Notes under the pieces: model-generated | The model's input: only the letters and a program-made list of their open reading frames with translations | The model's database searches: none | What the model was told of the DNA's origin: nothing | Made by a program: the position numbers and the translations under genes | Source: Sulfurimonas sp. | GTDB lineage: Bacteria > Campylobacterota > Campylobacteria > Campylobacterales > Sulfurimonadaceae | Reading direction: 5' to 3' | NCBI GenBank assembly: GCA_021648405.1 | Contig: JAKISX010000002.1 | Coordinates: forward strand, 3,925 to 67,924 | DNA length: 64,000 nucleotides | Shown here: positions 1 to 11,300 of the stretch, one piece after another | How positions within the stretch are numbered: position 1 is the stretch's first letter | How the letters are laid out: every line of letters starts with the position of its first letter

Positions 1-124
1 CTATTAGTTTGCTAAATCACATTTTTTGTAATTATAGGCATAAATATTTATGTAATTATATCTTTTATTAAGTAAAATTAATCCAAATATGCTAAAATCA
101 TTTAATAATTTAATAGGATTTAAA

Positions 125-670
125 ATGAAAGAATTTATAAAAAATGAGATGATGGTACATATAGCACTATGCTCTCATAAAGAGCCAAAAGATGTATTAA
201 TAATTAGTGAAAATATTGAGAAATTAGAGAAAGAAATTCAAAAACATAATAAAATAAATCTTGATGGTATATCTTGTACTTTAGAGAGTATCAGTAAGTT
301 AGACACGCAAAAATATGATGTAGTTATAAGTGAAATTAATGTAGAAGAACTAATCACTTCGCAAATAAATCGTGTATTAAAAGAGGATGGATTGATTGTT
401 AATGTTATTAACTCATTAGATAATGTAGATGAAGCTAAAAAAGCTATAAATACTTTAGGTAAATATGCAAAAATAGTTATGCCATTTCATATTGGTGAGG
501 GCGAGTTAGCGCTTTTAGCTTCAAAAGAATATCATCCAACAGCTGATTTGATTTTACAAAGAGCTGATATGCTTGATAATTTAGATTATTATAATTGTGA
601 TGTTCATATTGCTTCATTTGCAATGGGTAACTATATACGCAAAGAATATTTAGGGGTTATAAAAAATTAA
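125..670 (+). CDS. Short spermidine synthase-like (SpeE fold) protein
   Basis: EMMVHIALCSHKEPKDVLII, YDVVI and LDYYNCDVHIASF resemble SpeE. The glycine-rich dcSAM-binding loop is absent. ATG 125 after AGGA is preferred to ORF-track start 89. Confidence 0.7.
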   Translation: MKEFIKNEMMVHIALCSHKEPKDVLIISENIEKLEKEIQKHNKINLDGISCTLESISKLDTQKYDVVISEINVEELITSQINRVLKEDGLIVNVINSLDNVDEAKKAINTLGKYAKIVMPFHIGEGELALLASKEYHPTADLILQRADMLDNLDYYNCDVHIASFAMGNYIRKEYLGVIKN

Positions 671-1263
671 TGGTATTTAAGTACGCAATCGCACTAACAG
701 GGGGAATCGCTACTGGCAAAAGTACAGTTGCTTCTCTTATGAATCTCAATGGGATGCGTGTTATTGATGCTGATACAATCAGTCATGTTATTTTAGATGC
801 TTCGTGTGATTGGGTTAGAGATGAATTTGGTGAAAAGTATGTATGTCATGATAAAGTAGATAGAGCTAAGCTTGGAAATTTAATCTTTTCAGACCCATAC
901 GCTAAAAAAAAACTTGAAGATTTTTTGCATCCTAAAATTAAAGTAGAGATTGAAAAACAAAGCGAAAAACAAGATAGTTTTAAATTTCCATATCTCATAG
1001 ATATCCCATTGTTTTTTGAAAATAAATCATATGATATAAAAGATAGCGTTGTCGTATATACTCCAAGTGATATTCAGCTAGAGCGCTTTATGAAAAGAAA
1101 TAATTATGACAAAGAAGAGTCACTAAGAAGAATAAGTTCTCAAATGCCAATTGATGAAAAAAAGAAAATGGCTACTTGGGTTATAGATAATTCTAAAAAC
1201 TTGAAACACTTACAAAAAGAGTGTGAAGATTTTGTTAAAATAATTAAGGAAAAATACTTATGA
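670..1263 (+). CDS. coaE: Dephospho-CoA kinase
   Basis: ALTGGIATGKS P-loop, IDAD, LHPKI, DIPLFFE, SQMPIDEK. Confidence 0.95.
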   Translation: MVFKYAIALTGGIATGKSTVASLMNLNGMRVIDADTISHVILDASCDWVRDEFGEKYVCHDKVDRAKLGNLIFSDPYAKKKLEDFLHPKIKVEIEKQSEKQDSFKFPYLIDIPLFFENKSYDIKDSVVVYTPSDIQLERFMKRNNYDKEESLRRISSQMPIDEKKKMATWVIDNSKNLKHLQKECEDFVKIIKEKYL

Positions 1264-2018
1264 TGTTGTCTAAATATAGTGCAAATGGCAATGATTTTAT
1301 TATATTTCATTCAGATGAAAAAAAAGATAGAAAAAAGTTAGCAATAGAGTTGTGCAATAGGCAAGATGGTATAGGCTCAGATGGATTAATCGTTATACTT
1401 CCTCATAATAAATATGATTTTGAGTGGCAGTTTTATAACTCTGATGGAAGCACAGCTGAGATGTGTGGAAATGGAACTAGGGCTTGTGCTCATTACGCTT
1501 TCACACATAATTTAGCTCCAAAAAATATGAATTTTTTAACACAAGCTGGTGTTATAAGTGCTGAAGTTGATGCAGATTGTTCAAATAGTGGGATGGTTCT
1601 TAGTGAACTAACCCCTCCTGCTATAATAGATAGAAATATTGTTCATAATGAAAAATCTTGGTGGTTAATCAATACAGGAGTACCTCACTTAGTGAGCTTT
1701 ACAGATAATATAGAAAAATTTGATATCGATGAAGCTAGAGAGCTTCGTTATAAATATAATGCCAATGTGAATATTGCTTTTATAGATGGCAAAAATTTAA
1801 AAGTGAGAACTTATGAGCGTGGTGTTGAGGATGAGACTTTGGCATGTGGAACAGGAATGGCCGCTTGTTATTATAGGGCATATACAGAAAAAAAAGTTAG
1901 TGATTCTATAGAGGTATATCCTAAAAGTGGCGATACTTTGTATCTTGGTTTTAACGGCAAAACAATTACTTTTAAGGGCAGGGTTAAAAAAACCTTTGAA
2001 ACTAAGTGGGTAGTGTAG
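1260..2018 (+). CDS. dapF: Diaminopimelate epimerase
   Basis: GNDF, NSDGSTAEMCGNG, TGVPH, ERGVEDETLACGTG. Confidence 0.95.
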   Translation: MMLSKYSANGNDFIIFHSDEKKDRKKLAIELCNRQDGIGSDGLIVILPHNKYDFEWQFYNSDGSTAEMCGNGTRACAHYAFTHNLAPKNMNFLTQAGVISAEVDADCSNSGMVLSELTPPAIIDRNIVHNEKSWWLINTGVPHLVSFTDNIEKFDIDEARELRYKYNANVNIAFIDGKNLKVRTYERGVEDETLACGTGMAACYYRAYTEKKVSDSIEVYPKSGDTLYLGFNGKTITFKGRVKKTFETKWVV

Positions 2019-2020
2019 GC

Positions 2021-2070
2021 TAGATCCCAAATGAGCAAAGGAAATACCCTTGTGGTGCGAGTTTAGGTTA
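2021..2070. repeat. Degenerate long-loop copy of the REP-like palindrome family, between convergent dapF and prfA
   Basis: TAGATCCCAAA...ATACCCTTGTGGT...TTTAGGTT shares the TAGAT end and inner ATACCCTTGT(G/C)GT core with 20768-20812 and 23098-23142. Confidence 0.5.
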
Positions 2071-2086
2071 AAAATTTGATGAATGG

Positions 2087-3154
2087 TTATAATCCTGCGG
2101 CCTCAACTATTTTAGCTTGAGTATCTGTAATAAGGGGATCAATTATCTCATCAAAAAGTCCACCACTCATAATCTCATTTAATCTATAAAGAGTAAGTGT
2201 GATTCTATGGTCTGATATGCGATTTTGTGGATAATTGTAGGTTCTGATTCTTCCGCTTCTATCACCAGTTCCAACTTGGGCAGCTCTCTGGGCTGCATTT
2301 TGGGCTTGTGATTCTTGCATTTGTAAGTTGTAAAGTCTAGATTTAAGCACTTTCATCGCTTTATCTTTATTTTTATGTTGCGATTTTTGGTCTTGATTTG
2401 TTACGACAATTCCAGTTGGCAGATGGGTAATACGAACAGCTGAATCTGTTGTATTTACAGATTGACCACCACATCCAGATGAGCGCATAACATCAATCTT
2501 TAAATCATTATCGTTAATCTCAACTTCAACATCATCAACCTCAGGCATAACTGCTACAGTTATAGCAGATGTGTGTACACGACCTTGCGATTCTGTTGCA
2601 GGTACACGCTGAACACGGTGAGTACCACCTTCATACTTTAAGCGAGAATAAACTTGTTCACCCTTAATGAGAGCAGTTATCTCTTTAAATCCCCCAGCTT
2701 CTGATGGACTTGTTGATATAATCTCTATCTTCCAACCTTTAACATCAGCGTAACGAGTATAAGCTTCAAACAAATTGCCAACAAATAAAGCAGCTTCATC
2801 TCCACCAGTCCCAGCACGAAGCTCCACAATAATATTTCTATCATCATTAGGGTCTTTTGGAAGTAAAAGAAGTTTTATCTCCTCTTCAATTTCAGGTTTA
2901 CGAGGTTCAAGCTCTTTTAGTTCTTCTTTTGCCATTTCACCCATCTCAGCATCACTTAGCATCTCTTTAGTATCTTCAATATCAGCAATAAGCGCTTTAT
3001 ACTCTTTTGCTTTTTCAACAATTGCTAAAAGCGAAGATTGTTCTTTTGAGAGTTCTGTCATTCGTTTGATATCAGATGTGATGTCAGGAGAACTTAATAA
3101 GTTGCCAAGTTCGTTATAGCGAGTAATGAAAGGAGTAAGTTTATCAGATAACAT
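2087..3154 (-). CDS. prfA: Peptide chain release factor 1
   Basis: GGQ motif ([17 protein letters not shown]), [10 protein letters not shown] (PxT), RTYNYPQNR. Start MLSDKL at 3154 preferred over 3211. Confidence 0.96.
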   Translation of the reverse strand: MLSDKLTPFITRYNELGNLLSSPDITSDIKRMTELSKEQSSLLAIVEKAKEYKALIADIEDTKEMLSDAEMGEMAKEELKELEPRKPEIEEEIKLLLLPKDPNDDRNIIVELRAGTGGDEAALFVGNLFEAYTRYADVKGWKIEIISTSPSEAGGFKEITALIKGEQVYSRLKYEGGTHRVQRVPATESQGRVHTSAITVAVMPEVDDVEVEINDNDLKIDVMRSSGCGGQSVNTTDSAVRITHLPTGIVVTNQDQKSQHKNKDKAMKVLKSRLYNLQMQESQAQNAAQRAAQVGTGDRSGRIRTYNYPQNRISDHRITLTLYRLNEIMSGGLFDEIIDPLITDTQAKIVEAAGL

Positions 3155-3178
3155 TTGAATTACTTTCTTTAGGGGGTT

Positions 3179-3231
3179 GTAGGGACATTTATGCCCCTGC
3201 CCAAATGACAAAGCCTAGCTTTGTCATTTGG
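3179..3231. repeat. Two adjacent hairpins between rpsT and prfA (terminator/attenuator or REP remnant)
   Basis: Perfect 14-bp stem CCAAATGACAAAGC-cta-GCTTTGTCATTTGG (3201-3231) plus imperfect GTAGGGACAT-tt-ATGCCCCTGC (3179-3200). Confidence 0.6.
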
Positions 3232-3240
3232 TACTAATAG

Positions 3241-3501
3241 TTATATAGCGTTAACAGCTTTATTAAGACGACTAACTTTTCTAGCAGCAGTTTCTTTTTT
3301 GAGAATACCTTTGCTTACAAATTTATGAATTTGTTGGTTTGCTAGTTTAAATGCTGTTGTAGCTTCTTCTTTGTTTCCTGCTTCAATTGCAAAATTCACA
3401 GCTTTTACGATGTTTTTAAGACGAGTTTTGTAGAAACGATTACGCTCTGTTTTAACGATCGTTTGGCGAATTCTCTTAATTGATGACTTATGATTTGCCA
3501 T
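3241..3501 (-). CDS. rpsT: 30S ribosomal protein S20
   Basis: [14 protein letters not shown]...[16 protein letters not shown]. Confidence 0.97.
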   Translation of the reverse strand: MANHKSSIKRIRQTIVKTERNRFYKTRLKNIVKAVNFAIEAGNKEEATTAFKLANQQIHKFVSKGILKKETAARKVSRLNKAVNAI

Positions 3502-3632
3502 TTATGGGTCCTTGTATTTCGGGCATTAATAAATAGCCCGTGAAAATTTTAGTGCGCAATTCTATCTTAAATATAATTAAAATTAAGTTAAAGAGTGTTA
3601 AAATAGTGTAATTTTAATAAAATGGAATATAT

Positions 3633-4973
3633 ATGAAATTATTTGGAACTGATGGAGTTAGAGGTGAAGCGGGCTCTTTTTTAAGTGCAGAGCTTGCAAT
3701 GCGCTTAGCTATGGCTGCTGGAATATACTTCAAAAAGCATGCAACAACTAACAAAATTTTGATAGGAAAAGACACAAGAAGAAGTGGTTATATGATTGAA
3801 ACTGCAATTGTAAGTGGACTTACTGCAATTGGTTACGATGTTATAGAGATTGGTCCAATGCCAACACCCGCTATTGCTTTTATTACTGAAAACATGCGTT
3901 GTGACGCGGGAATTATGATAAGTGCTTCGCATAACTCTTATGAGGATAATGGGATAAAATTTTTTAATAATGCTGGAGATAAGTTATCACATGAAGCAGA
4001 GCTTGAAATCGAAGAAATTTTTAGCGATGACAACAAGATACTTCAAGCGCAAGTTACAGCAAAAAAGATTGGTAAAGCTAAAAGGATAGATGATGTGATT
4101 GGTCGTTATATTGTAGCTCTAAAAAATTCTTTTCCTCGAGGTATATCTTTAAGTGGATTAAGAATTGTTCTTGATACTGCAAATGGTGCTGGATACAAAG
4201 TTGGACCTACTGTTTTAGAAGAACTAGGTGCTGATGTTATTGTTTTGCATGATAAACCAAATGGTTACAACATTAATGAAAATTGTGGAGCACTCCATAC
4301 AAAAGATTTAAAACAGAGCGTTATTAAATATAGAGCAGATTTAGGAATAGCGCTCGATGGTGATGCAGATAGACTTGTAGTAGTTGATGAAAAAGGTGAA
4401 GCTATTGATGGTGATCAACTTCTTGGCGCACTTGGGTCTTATTTAAATGATATTGGTTCACTTAAGGGCGGAGGAATTGTAGCTACTGTTATGAGTAATC
4501 AGGGTTTAGGCGATTATATGGAATCTAAAGGATTAAAACTATTTCGCTCAGATGTAGGTGATAAAAATGTTTTAGAAATTATGAAAAAAGAGGGTATTAA
4601 CTTTGGTGGTGAACAAAGTGGTCATGTAATAATACACGAGCATGCAAAAACTGGTGATGGTTTAGTTTCAGCACTTCAAACTTTAGCACTTATGATAAAT
4701 ACAAACCAAAAAGCTTCTGAGGCACTTCGCCCATTCCCTCTCTATCCTCAAAAGCTAGTAAATATAAATATTAAAACCAAAAAGCCTTTAGACGAGATAG
4801 TTGGTCTTGATGAAAAACTAAAAGCTCTTGATGAAAAAAAAATTTGTCACCTTGTGCGTTATTCTGGAACCGAAAATAAACTTCGCATACTTTTAGAATG
4901 CAAAAATGAGAAAGAGATGAATAAAGAGATGGATATAATGGTAAACTTTTTTAAAAAAGCATTAAATGAATAG
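3633..4973 (+). CDS. glmM: Phosphoglucosamine mutase
   Basis: [34 protein letters not shown]. Confidence 0.97.
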   Translation: MKLFGTDGVRGEAGSFLSAELAMRLAMAAGIYFKKHATTNKILIGKDTRRSGYMIETAIVSGLTAIGYDVIEIGPMPTPAIAFITENMRCDAGIMISASHNSYEDNGIKFFNNAGDKLSHEAELEIEEIFSDDNKILQAQVTAKKIGKAKRIDDVIGRYIVALKNSFPRGISLSGLRIVLDTANGAGYKVGPTVLEELGADVIVLHDKPNGYNINENCGALHTKDLKQSVIKYRADLGIALDGDADRLVVVDEKGEAIDGDQLLGALGSYLNDIGSLKGGGIVATVMSNQGLGDYMESKGLKLFRSDVGDKNVLEIMKKEGINFGGEQSGHVIIHEHAKTGDGLVSALQTLALMINTNQKASEALRPFPLYPQKLVNINIKTKKPLDEIVGLDEKLKALDEKKICHLVRYSGTENKLRILLECKNEKEMNKEMDIMVNFFKKALNE

Positions 4974-5421
4974 AGATACATTAAAATTATGGGTAATTTT
5001 ATTTTTTACAATAGCGGGAATATTTATAATTGATCAAAACATTAAGATGCTTTTTGTGGATGGTTTTCGATATTATACAGAGTGTATAGACTTAATTCTT
5101 GTATATAATAAAGGTGTAGCATTTTCAATGCTTGCATTTTTAGATGAGTGGCTAAAATATATACAAATTGTAATGGTAATTGGAATCTTAGTTTATATTA
5201 TAAGTTTAAAAAAACTATGCTTTGCTTTTCCTGCTGGATTGTTGCTTGGTGGAGCTATGTCAAATGTATATGATAGATTTATACATGGCGGAGTTGTAGA
5301 TATGGTTTATTGGCATTGTGGATTTAATTTTGCAGTATTTAATTTTGCAGATGTAATGATAAATGTTGCAGTGGTATGGTTATTATTACTTAATTTTAAG
5401 CCACATTTATGCAAAAGCTAA
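4966..5421 (+). CDS. lspA: Lipoprotein signal peptidase II
   Basis: [32 protein letters not shown]. Confidence 0.95.
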   Translation: MNRDTLKLWVILFFTIAGIFIIDQNIKMLFVDGFRYYTECIDLILVYNKGVAFSMLAFLDEWLKYIQIVMVIGILVYIISLKKLCFAFPAGLLLGGAMSNVYDRFIHGGVVDMVYWHCGFNFAVFNFADVMINVAVVWLLLLNFKPHLCKS

Positions 5422-5468
5422 TTTTGAGTTTTACTAAAGATTAAATAGTTCATAAGCTACAATTACAG

Positions 5469-8261
5469 ATGTCAAAAAAAAATAAAAAAAATTCCAAAAC
5501 AAATCAACAAATTAAAAAATATTTTGATGGTGACCCATTTGATGTTGGCATCCAGAGAGTAACAAGTGAAACGCTAAGTGAGCTGTTTCACTACTTAGGT
5601 ATTTATGAGATAGAACACTCTCGTGATTTGTTGATAAAAACCATTAGAATGATTTGGTCTGAGGCTGATAATGTTTACCGAAAACAAATAGTTGAATTTT
5701 TTGCTAATGAGGGAGTTGTTTATCCATCTGATAAGGCAAAAGAGCCAAGCATTACGAGCTTAGATAAATTAGATGAAATTTTACAAGAGTTTGATATAAC
5801 CACCCAAGAGTCAGCTATTATTTATGCAGAATTTGGAGATAAACGAGCTAAAAAAATAACTCCCACAAAGATAGAATCAAAAATAAAACATATTAGATTT
5901 GAAGTTAAAAAAACTGCTTTAGAAAAACAGCTAGAGGGTTTTTTTGATATAGATGATAGTTTTGAGTTTAATGCAAATATTCACTATATCCTTTATGAAC
6001 AAAGTTTTTACAAAATCCATACTTTAAATACTCCTGTTTATAGTTATGAATATTTAGACGAAAATGAGTTTGATGATATAGTGTCTAAGATTGAGGCTGA
6101 TAAAAAAAATACTCAAAAAAAATATCAAGAAAATATAAATAAATTTATACAAAACATTCCAAACCCACACAGTTTACTTAATGAAAAAGAGATAGTTAGT
6201 TCCCTTCGTGCTTCGCCCCCAAAATCTCATTCAAAATATCCATTGATTAAAGAGGAGATATTAAGCTCTATAATTTCAAAATATCTACCATTAGTTTCAT
6301 TGGAGCTTCATAGCGAGGAGTTATTAGTTCAGGTTGAGCAGACTATAAAATTACCAAACTCAGAAGATAATTTTAAGTATAAACTTGATTTACATATTGA
6401 GCTAAGCTCACTTTTAAAAGATATTTGGAATGATGAAGAACTTGACTTTAGTTTGGTTATAAATGAGGCAAAACAAGAACATGAAAAACAGTTTTTAAAA
6501 GAGCTTTCAAACATAGTGGATGAATGTAAAACCTATGCTATACAGCTGAATTTAAGCCAAGAAGTTTTATATCAAAAGATATATAAATTATTACTAGATA
6601 TGGTTCCAAGTACTTTAATCATTAGTCCAAAAATCACTAGAAAAACAGTAAGAAAATTTATATACTCAATACAAGAAGAGGTTTTAAAATTTCAAAGACA
6701 AGCACTTTTAGCTCAAACTATAAGAGATTTTAAAAATCTTTTTCCTCTCGCTCGTGAGATGCGACGAAAATTAACTCTGCATATTGGACCAACAAATAGT
6801 GGAAAAACTTATGAGGCTATACAAAAACTACAAACGGCTGATACTGGTTACTATCTTGCCCCACTTAGACTTTTAGCGCTAGAAGGATATGAGGGTTTAA
6901 GAGAAAATAAAATTGATGCTTCGCTAATTACGGGCGAAGAGCAAATTTTAGATGAGGAAGCTACACATATAAGCTCAACCATTGAGATGCTTAACTTTGA
7001 TGTAGATGTAGATGTTTGTGTAATTGATGAGGTTCAGATGATTGATGATATTGATCGTGGATGGGCATGGGCAAATGCAATTATTGGAGCACCTGCAAAA
7101 GAGCTAATCATGACAGGTTCACCAAACTCTAAAGATGCGATAATAGCACTCGCAGAATATTTGGGAGAGGAGTTAGAGATTATTGAGTTTGAGCGTAAAA
7201 ACCCACTTATATTGCTCGACACCCCAACAAGTGTGCAAAATGTTAAAAAGGGGAGCGCGATTATTGCTTTTAGTAGAAAAGATGTGCTAAAACTAAAGCA
7301 AAACTTCTCAAAAAACTTTAGTGTAAGTGTAGTTTATGGAAACTTATCCCCAGAGGTTAGGCGTGAAGAAGCAAGGCGATTTCGTAGTGGTGAAACAGAG
7401 ATTTTGATAGCTACTGATGCAATAGCAATGGGTTTAAACTTACCAATTGAAACTATACTTTTTTCTAAAGCTGAAAAATTTGATGGAATATCTCAAAGAA
7501 ATTTAATTCCAAGCGAGATACACCAAATATCAGGTAGGGCTGGTAGATTTGGTTTAAATGAAGAGGGTTTTGTAGGTGCATTAAATGCAGATGTTTTAAA
7601 AATAATTCAAAAGAATTTTTATAAAGAGGACAAAGAGATAGTTATCCCTTTTAATGTAATGGCAAATTTGGGGCATATCAAACTTGTATCTAGTATTTTA
7701 CAAGAGCATTCTTTATATGAAGTTTTGAGATTTTTTGTAAAAAATATGGTGTTTAATGGTCCTTTTGTAGCTTCAAACCTTGAGGATATGCTTGAAGTTG
7801 CAAAAATTGTAGATGAGTATGATTTAGATATTACTACAAAGTACCATCTATCATGCGCCCCTTTAACTCTAAAATCGCCACACATCATTTCAGCCTTTAA
7901 CTCCTATGCTCTTTCATTGGAGCAAAAAGAAATCATACCATATGTAGTTACACCTTTAGCGGGTAAACATGCTATAACTACACAAGATTTGCTAAAAGCT
8001 GAAGATATGGTAAAGGAGATATCACTCTATTTATGGCTTAGTTATCGCTTTAAAGATTACTTTTTAGATAAGGATAAAGCAACAAAGCAACGAAATATAA
8101 TAAATAAATATATAGAAAACTCACTTCATCAGCCAAGTTTTGTACAAACATGCAGATTATGTAGCACACCACTCCCACATAATTCAAAACACAACATTTG
8201 TAATAGATGTTTTAGAAAAAATTATACAGGTCATGGACATAGTCATAGAGGAAGACGATGA
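5469..8261 (+). CDS. SUV3-family SF2 helicase with long N-terminal extension and C-terminal Cys4 motif
   Basis: GPTNSGKT, APLRLLA, TIEM, IDEVQM, RGWAW, ATDAIAMGLNL, QISGRAGR; C-terminal CRLC...CNRC. Confidence 0.9.
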   Translation: MSKKNKKNSKTNQQIKKYFDGDPFDVGIQRVTSETLSELFHYLGIYEIEHSRDLLIKTIRMIWSEADNVYRKQIVEFFANEGVVYPSDKAKEPSITSLDKLDEILQEFDITTQESAIIYAEFGDKRAKKITPTKIESKIKHIRFEVKKTALEKQLEGFFDIDDSFEFNANIHYILYEQSFYKIHTLNTPVYSYEYLDENEFDDIVSKIEADKKNTQKKYQENINKFIQNIPNPHSLLNEKEIVSSLRASPPKSHSKYPLIKEEILSSIISKYLPLVSLELHSEELLVQVEQTIKLPNSEDNFKYKLDLHIELSSLLKDIWNDEELDFSLVINEAKQEHEKQFLKELSNIVDECKTYAIQLNLSQEVLYQKIYKLLLDMVPSTLIISPKITRKTVRKFIYSIQEEVLKFQRQALLAQTIRDFKNLFPLAREMRRKLTLHIGPTNSGKTYEAIQKLQTADTGYYLAPLRLLALEGYEGLRENKIDASLITGEEQILDEEATHISSTIEMLNFDVDVDVCVIDEVQMIDDIDRGWAWANAIIGAPAKELIMTGSPNSKDAIIALAEYLGEELEIIEFERKNPLILLDTPTSVQNVKKGSAIIAFSRKDVLKLKQNFSKNFSVSVVYGNLSPEVRREEARRFRSGETEILIATDAIAMGLNLPIETILFSKAEKFDGISQRNLIPSEIHQISGRAGRFGLNEEGFVGALNADVLKIIQKNFYKEDKEIVIPFNVMANLGHIKLVSSILQEHSLYEVLRFFVKNMVFNGPFVASNLEDMLEVAKIVDEYDLDITTKYHLSCAPLTLKSPHIISAFNSYALSLEQKEIIPYVVTPLAGKHAITTQDLLKAEDMVKEISLYLWLSYRFKDYFLDKDKATKQRNIINKYIENSLHQPSFVQTCRLCSTPLPHNSKHNICNRCFRKNYTGHGHSHRGRR

Positions 8262-8338
8262 TAGGTAGATTTTTTTAAGAATATAATTATTATATATTGT
8301 GTATTATATAACAATTATATTATTTGGAATGACCCATT

Positions 8339-11300
8339 ATGAAATTTTTTTTAAAAAACAAATATACAAAAATTCTATTAAGCCTTATTTTGTTTTATAC
8401 AATAGTTGGATTTTTGATATTTCCATTTTTATTGAAGAGTTATTTAAACGATATTACTACAAAACATCTCAATGCAGGTGCGAGTGTTAAGAGCATATAC
8501 TTTAACCCTTATACTTTTGAAATGAGTATTGAAGATTTTGTTATTTATGATACTAATGATGAGATTTTAGGAGAGTTTGCCTTACTAGATGTTAATCTTA
8601 ATACTATTGGTTTATTTAAGTCTAAGCTATTATTTACAAATATTTATCTAAAGAATTTTAATCTTAATGTAGAAATTAATAAAGAAAATATTTTTAACTT
8701 TGATAATATTACTTCACATTTAAACAAAAAAGAGAATAAAGCAACATCTAGTAATGATGAGGATACAAAAAGTAGTACTACTATTTTTATAGAAAATTTT
8801 CATTTAGATGATGCTACTTTTGCTTTTATAGATGATAGAGGAGCTGAAAGCTTTGAAGTGAAGAGTCGTCCTTTTGATTTTATGTTAAAAGATTTTTCTA
8901 CTGCTGAGCAAGAAGAGGGTGTCTTTGAGTTTATGGTTGCTACTTATAAAACAGGGCAAATAAAGTCTAGTGCAAAAATAAGGACAGTTCCATTTAAAGT
9001 TGAAGGTGATTTTAATATTATTGATTTTAATACAAACAAACTTTATGGCTATTTTAAGCAAAACTTAGATTTTAAAGTATCTGGGGATAATGTAAATGCT
9101 AGTTTAAAGTATGCAGTATCATACGAAAATTCAATATTAGACATCTCATTATCACAGATGATTTTAGACCTTAAAAAGATGAATTTTTCAGCAGATGACA
9201 ATGCTTTAGAGTTTGTAAAATTGGATACAGCGATTGATAAAGTAGATATAATTATTGAGTCAAATAGAGTAAAGATTAATATCGATAATATTAATTTAGA
9301 TATTAATAAGAGCATTATCAACAACAAACAAAACAAACTATTGGTAGATAAAAGTATGCTCCATGTTAAAAATATTAATATAGATGAAAATAGTAGTATA
9401 AAAATGAGTTTACAAAACTTACAATTTTTAGATACAAAATTAAAAACACAAAATAAGCAATTAGCAAACATCAAAGAAATTACTTTGGCGAACTTTTATG
9501 CGGATACGCTTGGGGCTGAATTTAATTTAGAGAGTCTAATTATAGATAAAGCAGATATTCAAACAACGCTCTATAAAGATATGAGTACAGATTTTGATAG
9601 ATTAGTAGGGGATAAAACAAAAGATGAAGATATTAAAGAAGAAAAACCAAAAGAAGGTACCAAAACACCACTCTTTAGTGTTGAAAAATTTGAGATAAAA
9701 AATAGTTCTTTTTCGTTAGTAGATAAAGAGAGAAAAACTACATTAAAGCTAAAAAAGATAAATACTCAAGTAAAAGATGCAAAATTTTCAAAAAGCTCAA
9801 CTATCCCATTTAGTTTTTCATATTTGACACCAACTTCAGGAAACATGAAAGGAGATGGTGAGATAAGGCTAAACCCGCTTGTTGTTAAAGTGAATTTAAA
9901 AATAGACAAGATGAATCTAAAACCATATAATCCTTATATTCAAGATTATGTTAATTTAAATTTAAATAGTGGATATTTAACATCTAAAACATCTATAAAA
10001 GTATTTGGTGAGAAAATAAACTTTAGAGGTTATGCTCGCTTATTAAAAGTTGACCTTAGTCATAGTATCAATAAAGAGACTTTATTTAAAGCAAAATCTT
10101 TAAATTTTAATAGAATCAAAGCTACAAACAATTCATTAAAAATGAATTCAATAGTTTTAGATAAAACCTATATGAATTTTGCAATTGATAAAAATGCAAC
10201 TACTAACCTTAGCGATATTGTTATAGTAAAAGATGATGGGGTAGGCGAAGATAAAAATACCACTAATGATTTTAAATTTTTAATCTCTAAGATTGAGTTT
10301 AAAGATGGCTCTATGGACTTTTTAGATGAGAGTTTACCTATTGATTTTCAAGTACATATTAACTCACTTAATGGAAATATTTTAACAATATCTTCTAATC
10401 CAAAAGAATCTCTTGAAGTAAAGATTGATGGGGTTGTAAATAAATATGGACAAGCCCATATAAAGGGTGATGTTATTACGATTGATCCTAAAAAAAGTTT
10501 GAATTTAGTTGTTGATTTTAAAAATATTGATGTAACAAAAATGTCTGGGTATAGTGGTAAGTTTATTGGTCGAGAGATTGCAAAAGGTAAGTTATGGATA
10601 GCACTTAATTATAAGATTAAAGATTCACAGCTTTTAAGTACTAACAGTATCAAACTTAAAGATTTAGAATTAGGAGATAGTGTTGATAGCAAAGATGAAA
10701 CATCACTTCCTGTTGGTTTGGCAATAGCCCTGTTAAAAGATAGTGATGGGTATATTGATATTGATATGCCAGTTGAAGGGGATGTTGATAATCCAGATTT
10801 TAAATATGGTGGGGCTGTTTGGGGTGCTGTTGGAAATTTGCTTACAAGTATAATCTCTTCGCCATTTAATTTTTTAGCTAAATCATTGGGAATAGATGAT
10901 GAAGAACTTTCAATCATAAATTTTGAGTATGGCTCGTCGCAGTTATTGCCAATTCAAAATGAGAAGCTTGATAAGTTATATGAGTTGTTGAAAAAGCGCC
11001 CAGAACTTGTGTTAGTAATAAATCCTGTAGTTAGTAAAGAAAAAGATATCTTCGCATTAAAGCGTCAAGTGTTTAATAAAAAAATATTAGAGAATATTTC
11101 AAAAAAAGATGACATTGAGGATAAGTATGAATTTGTATCAGATATGTATGTAGAAAAATTCTCAAAAGAGAAACAAAAAGAGTTGCTAGATAATCTTACT
11201 GAACAAAAGTATGTTAAAGATGCATTTGATGAAGAGAGATTTAATCGTGAATCTTTAGCGCTTATATCGATACAAGAGCTAGATACGAATGCCTTAAATA

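Noticed and set aside
3155-3211. N-terminal extension of prfA in the ORF track ([10 protein letters not shown]...)
   Set aside because: It is translated hairpin sequence; RF1 homology starts at 3154
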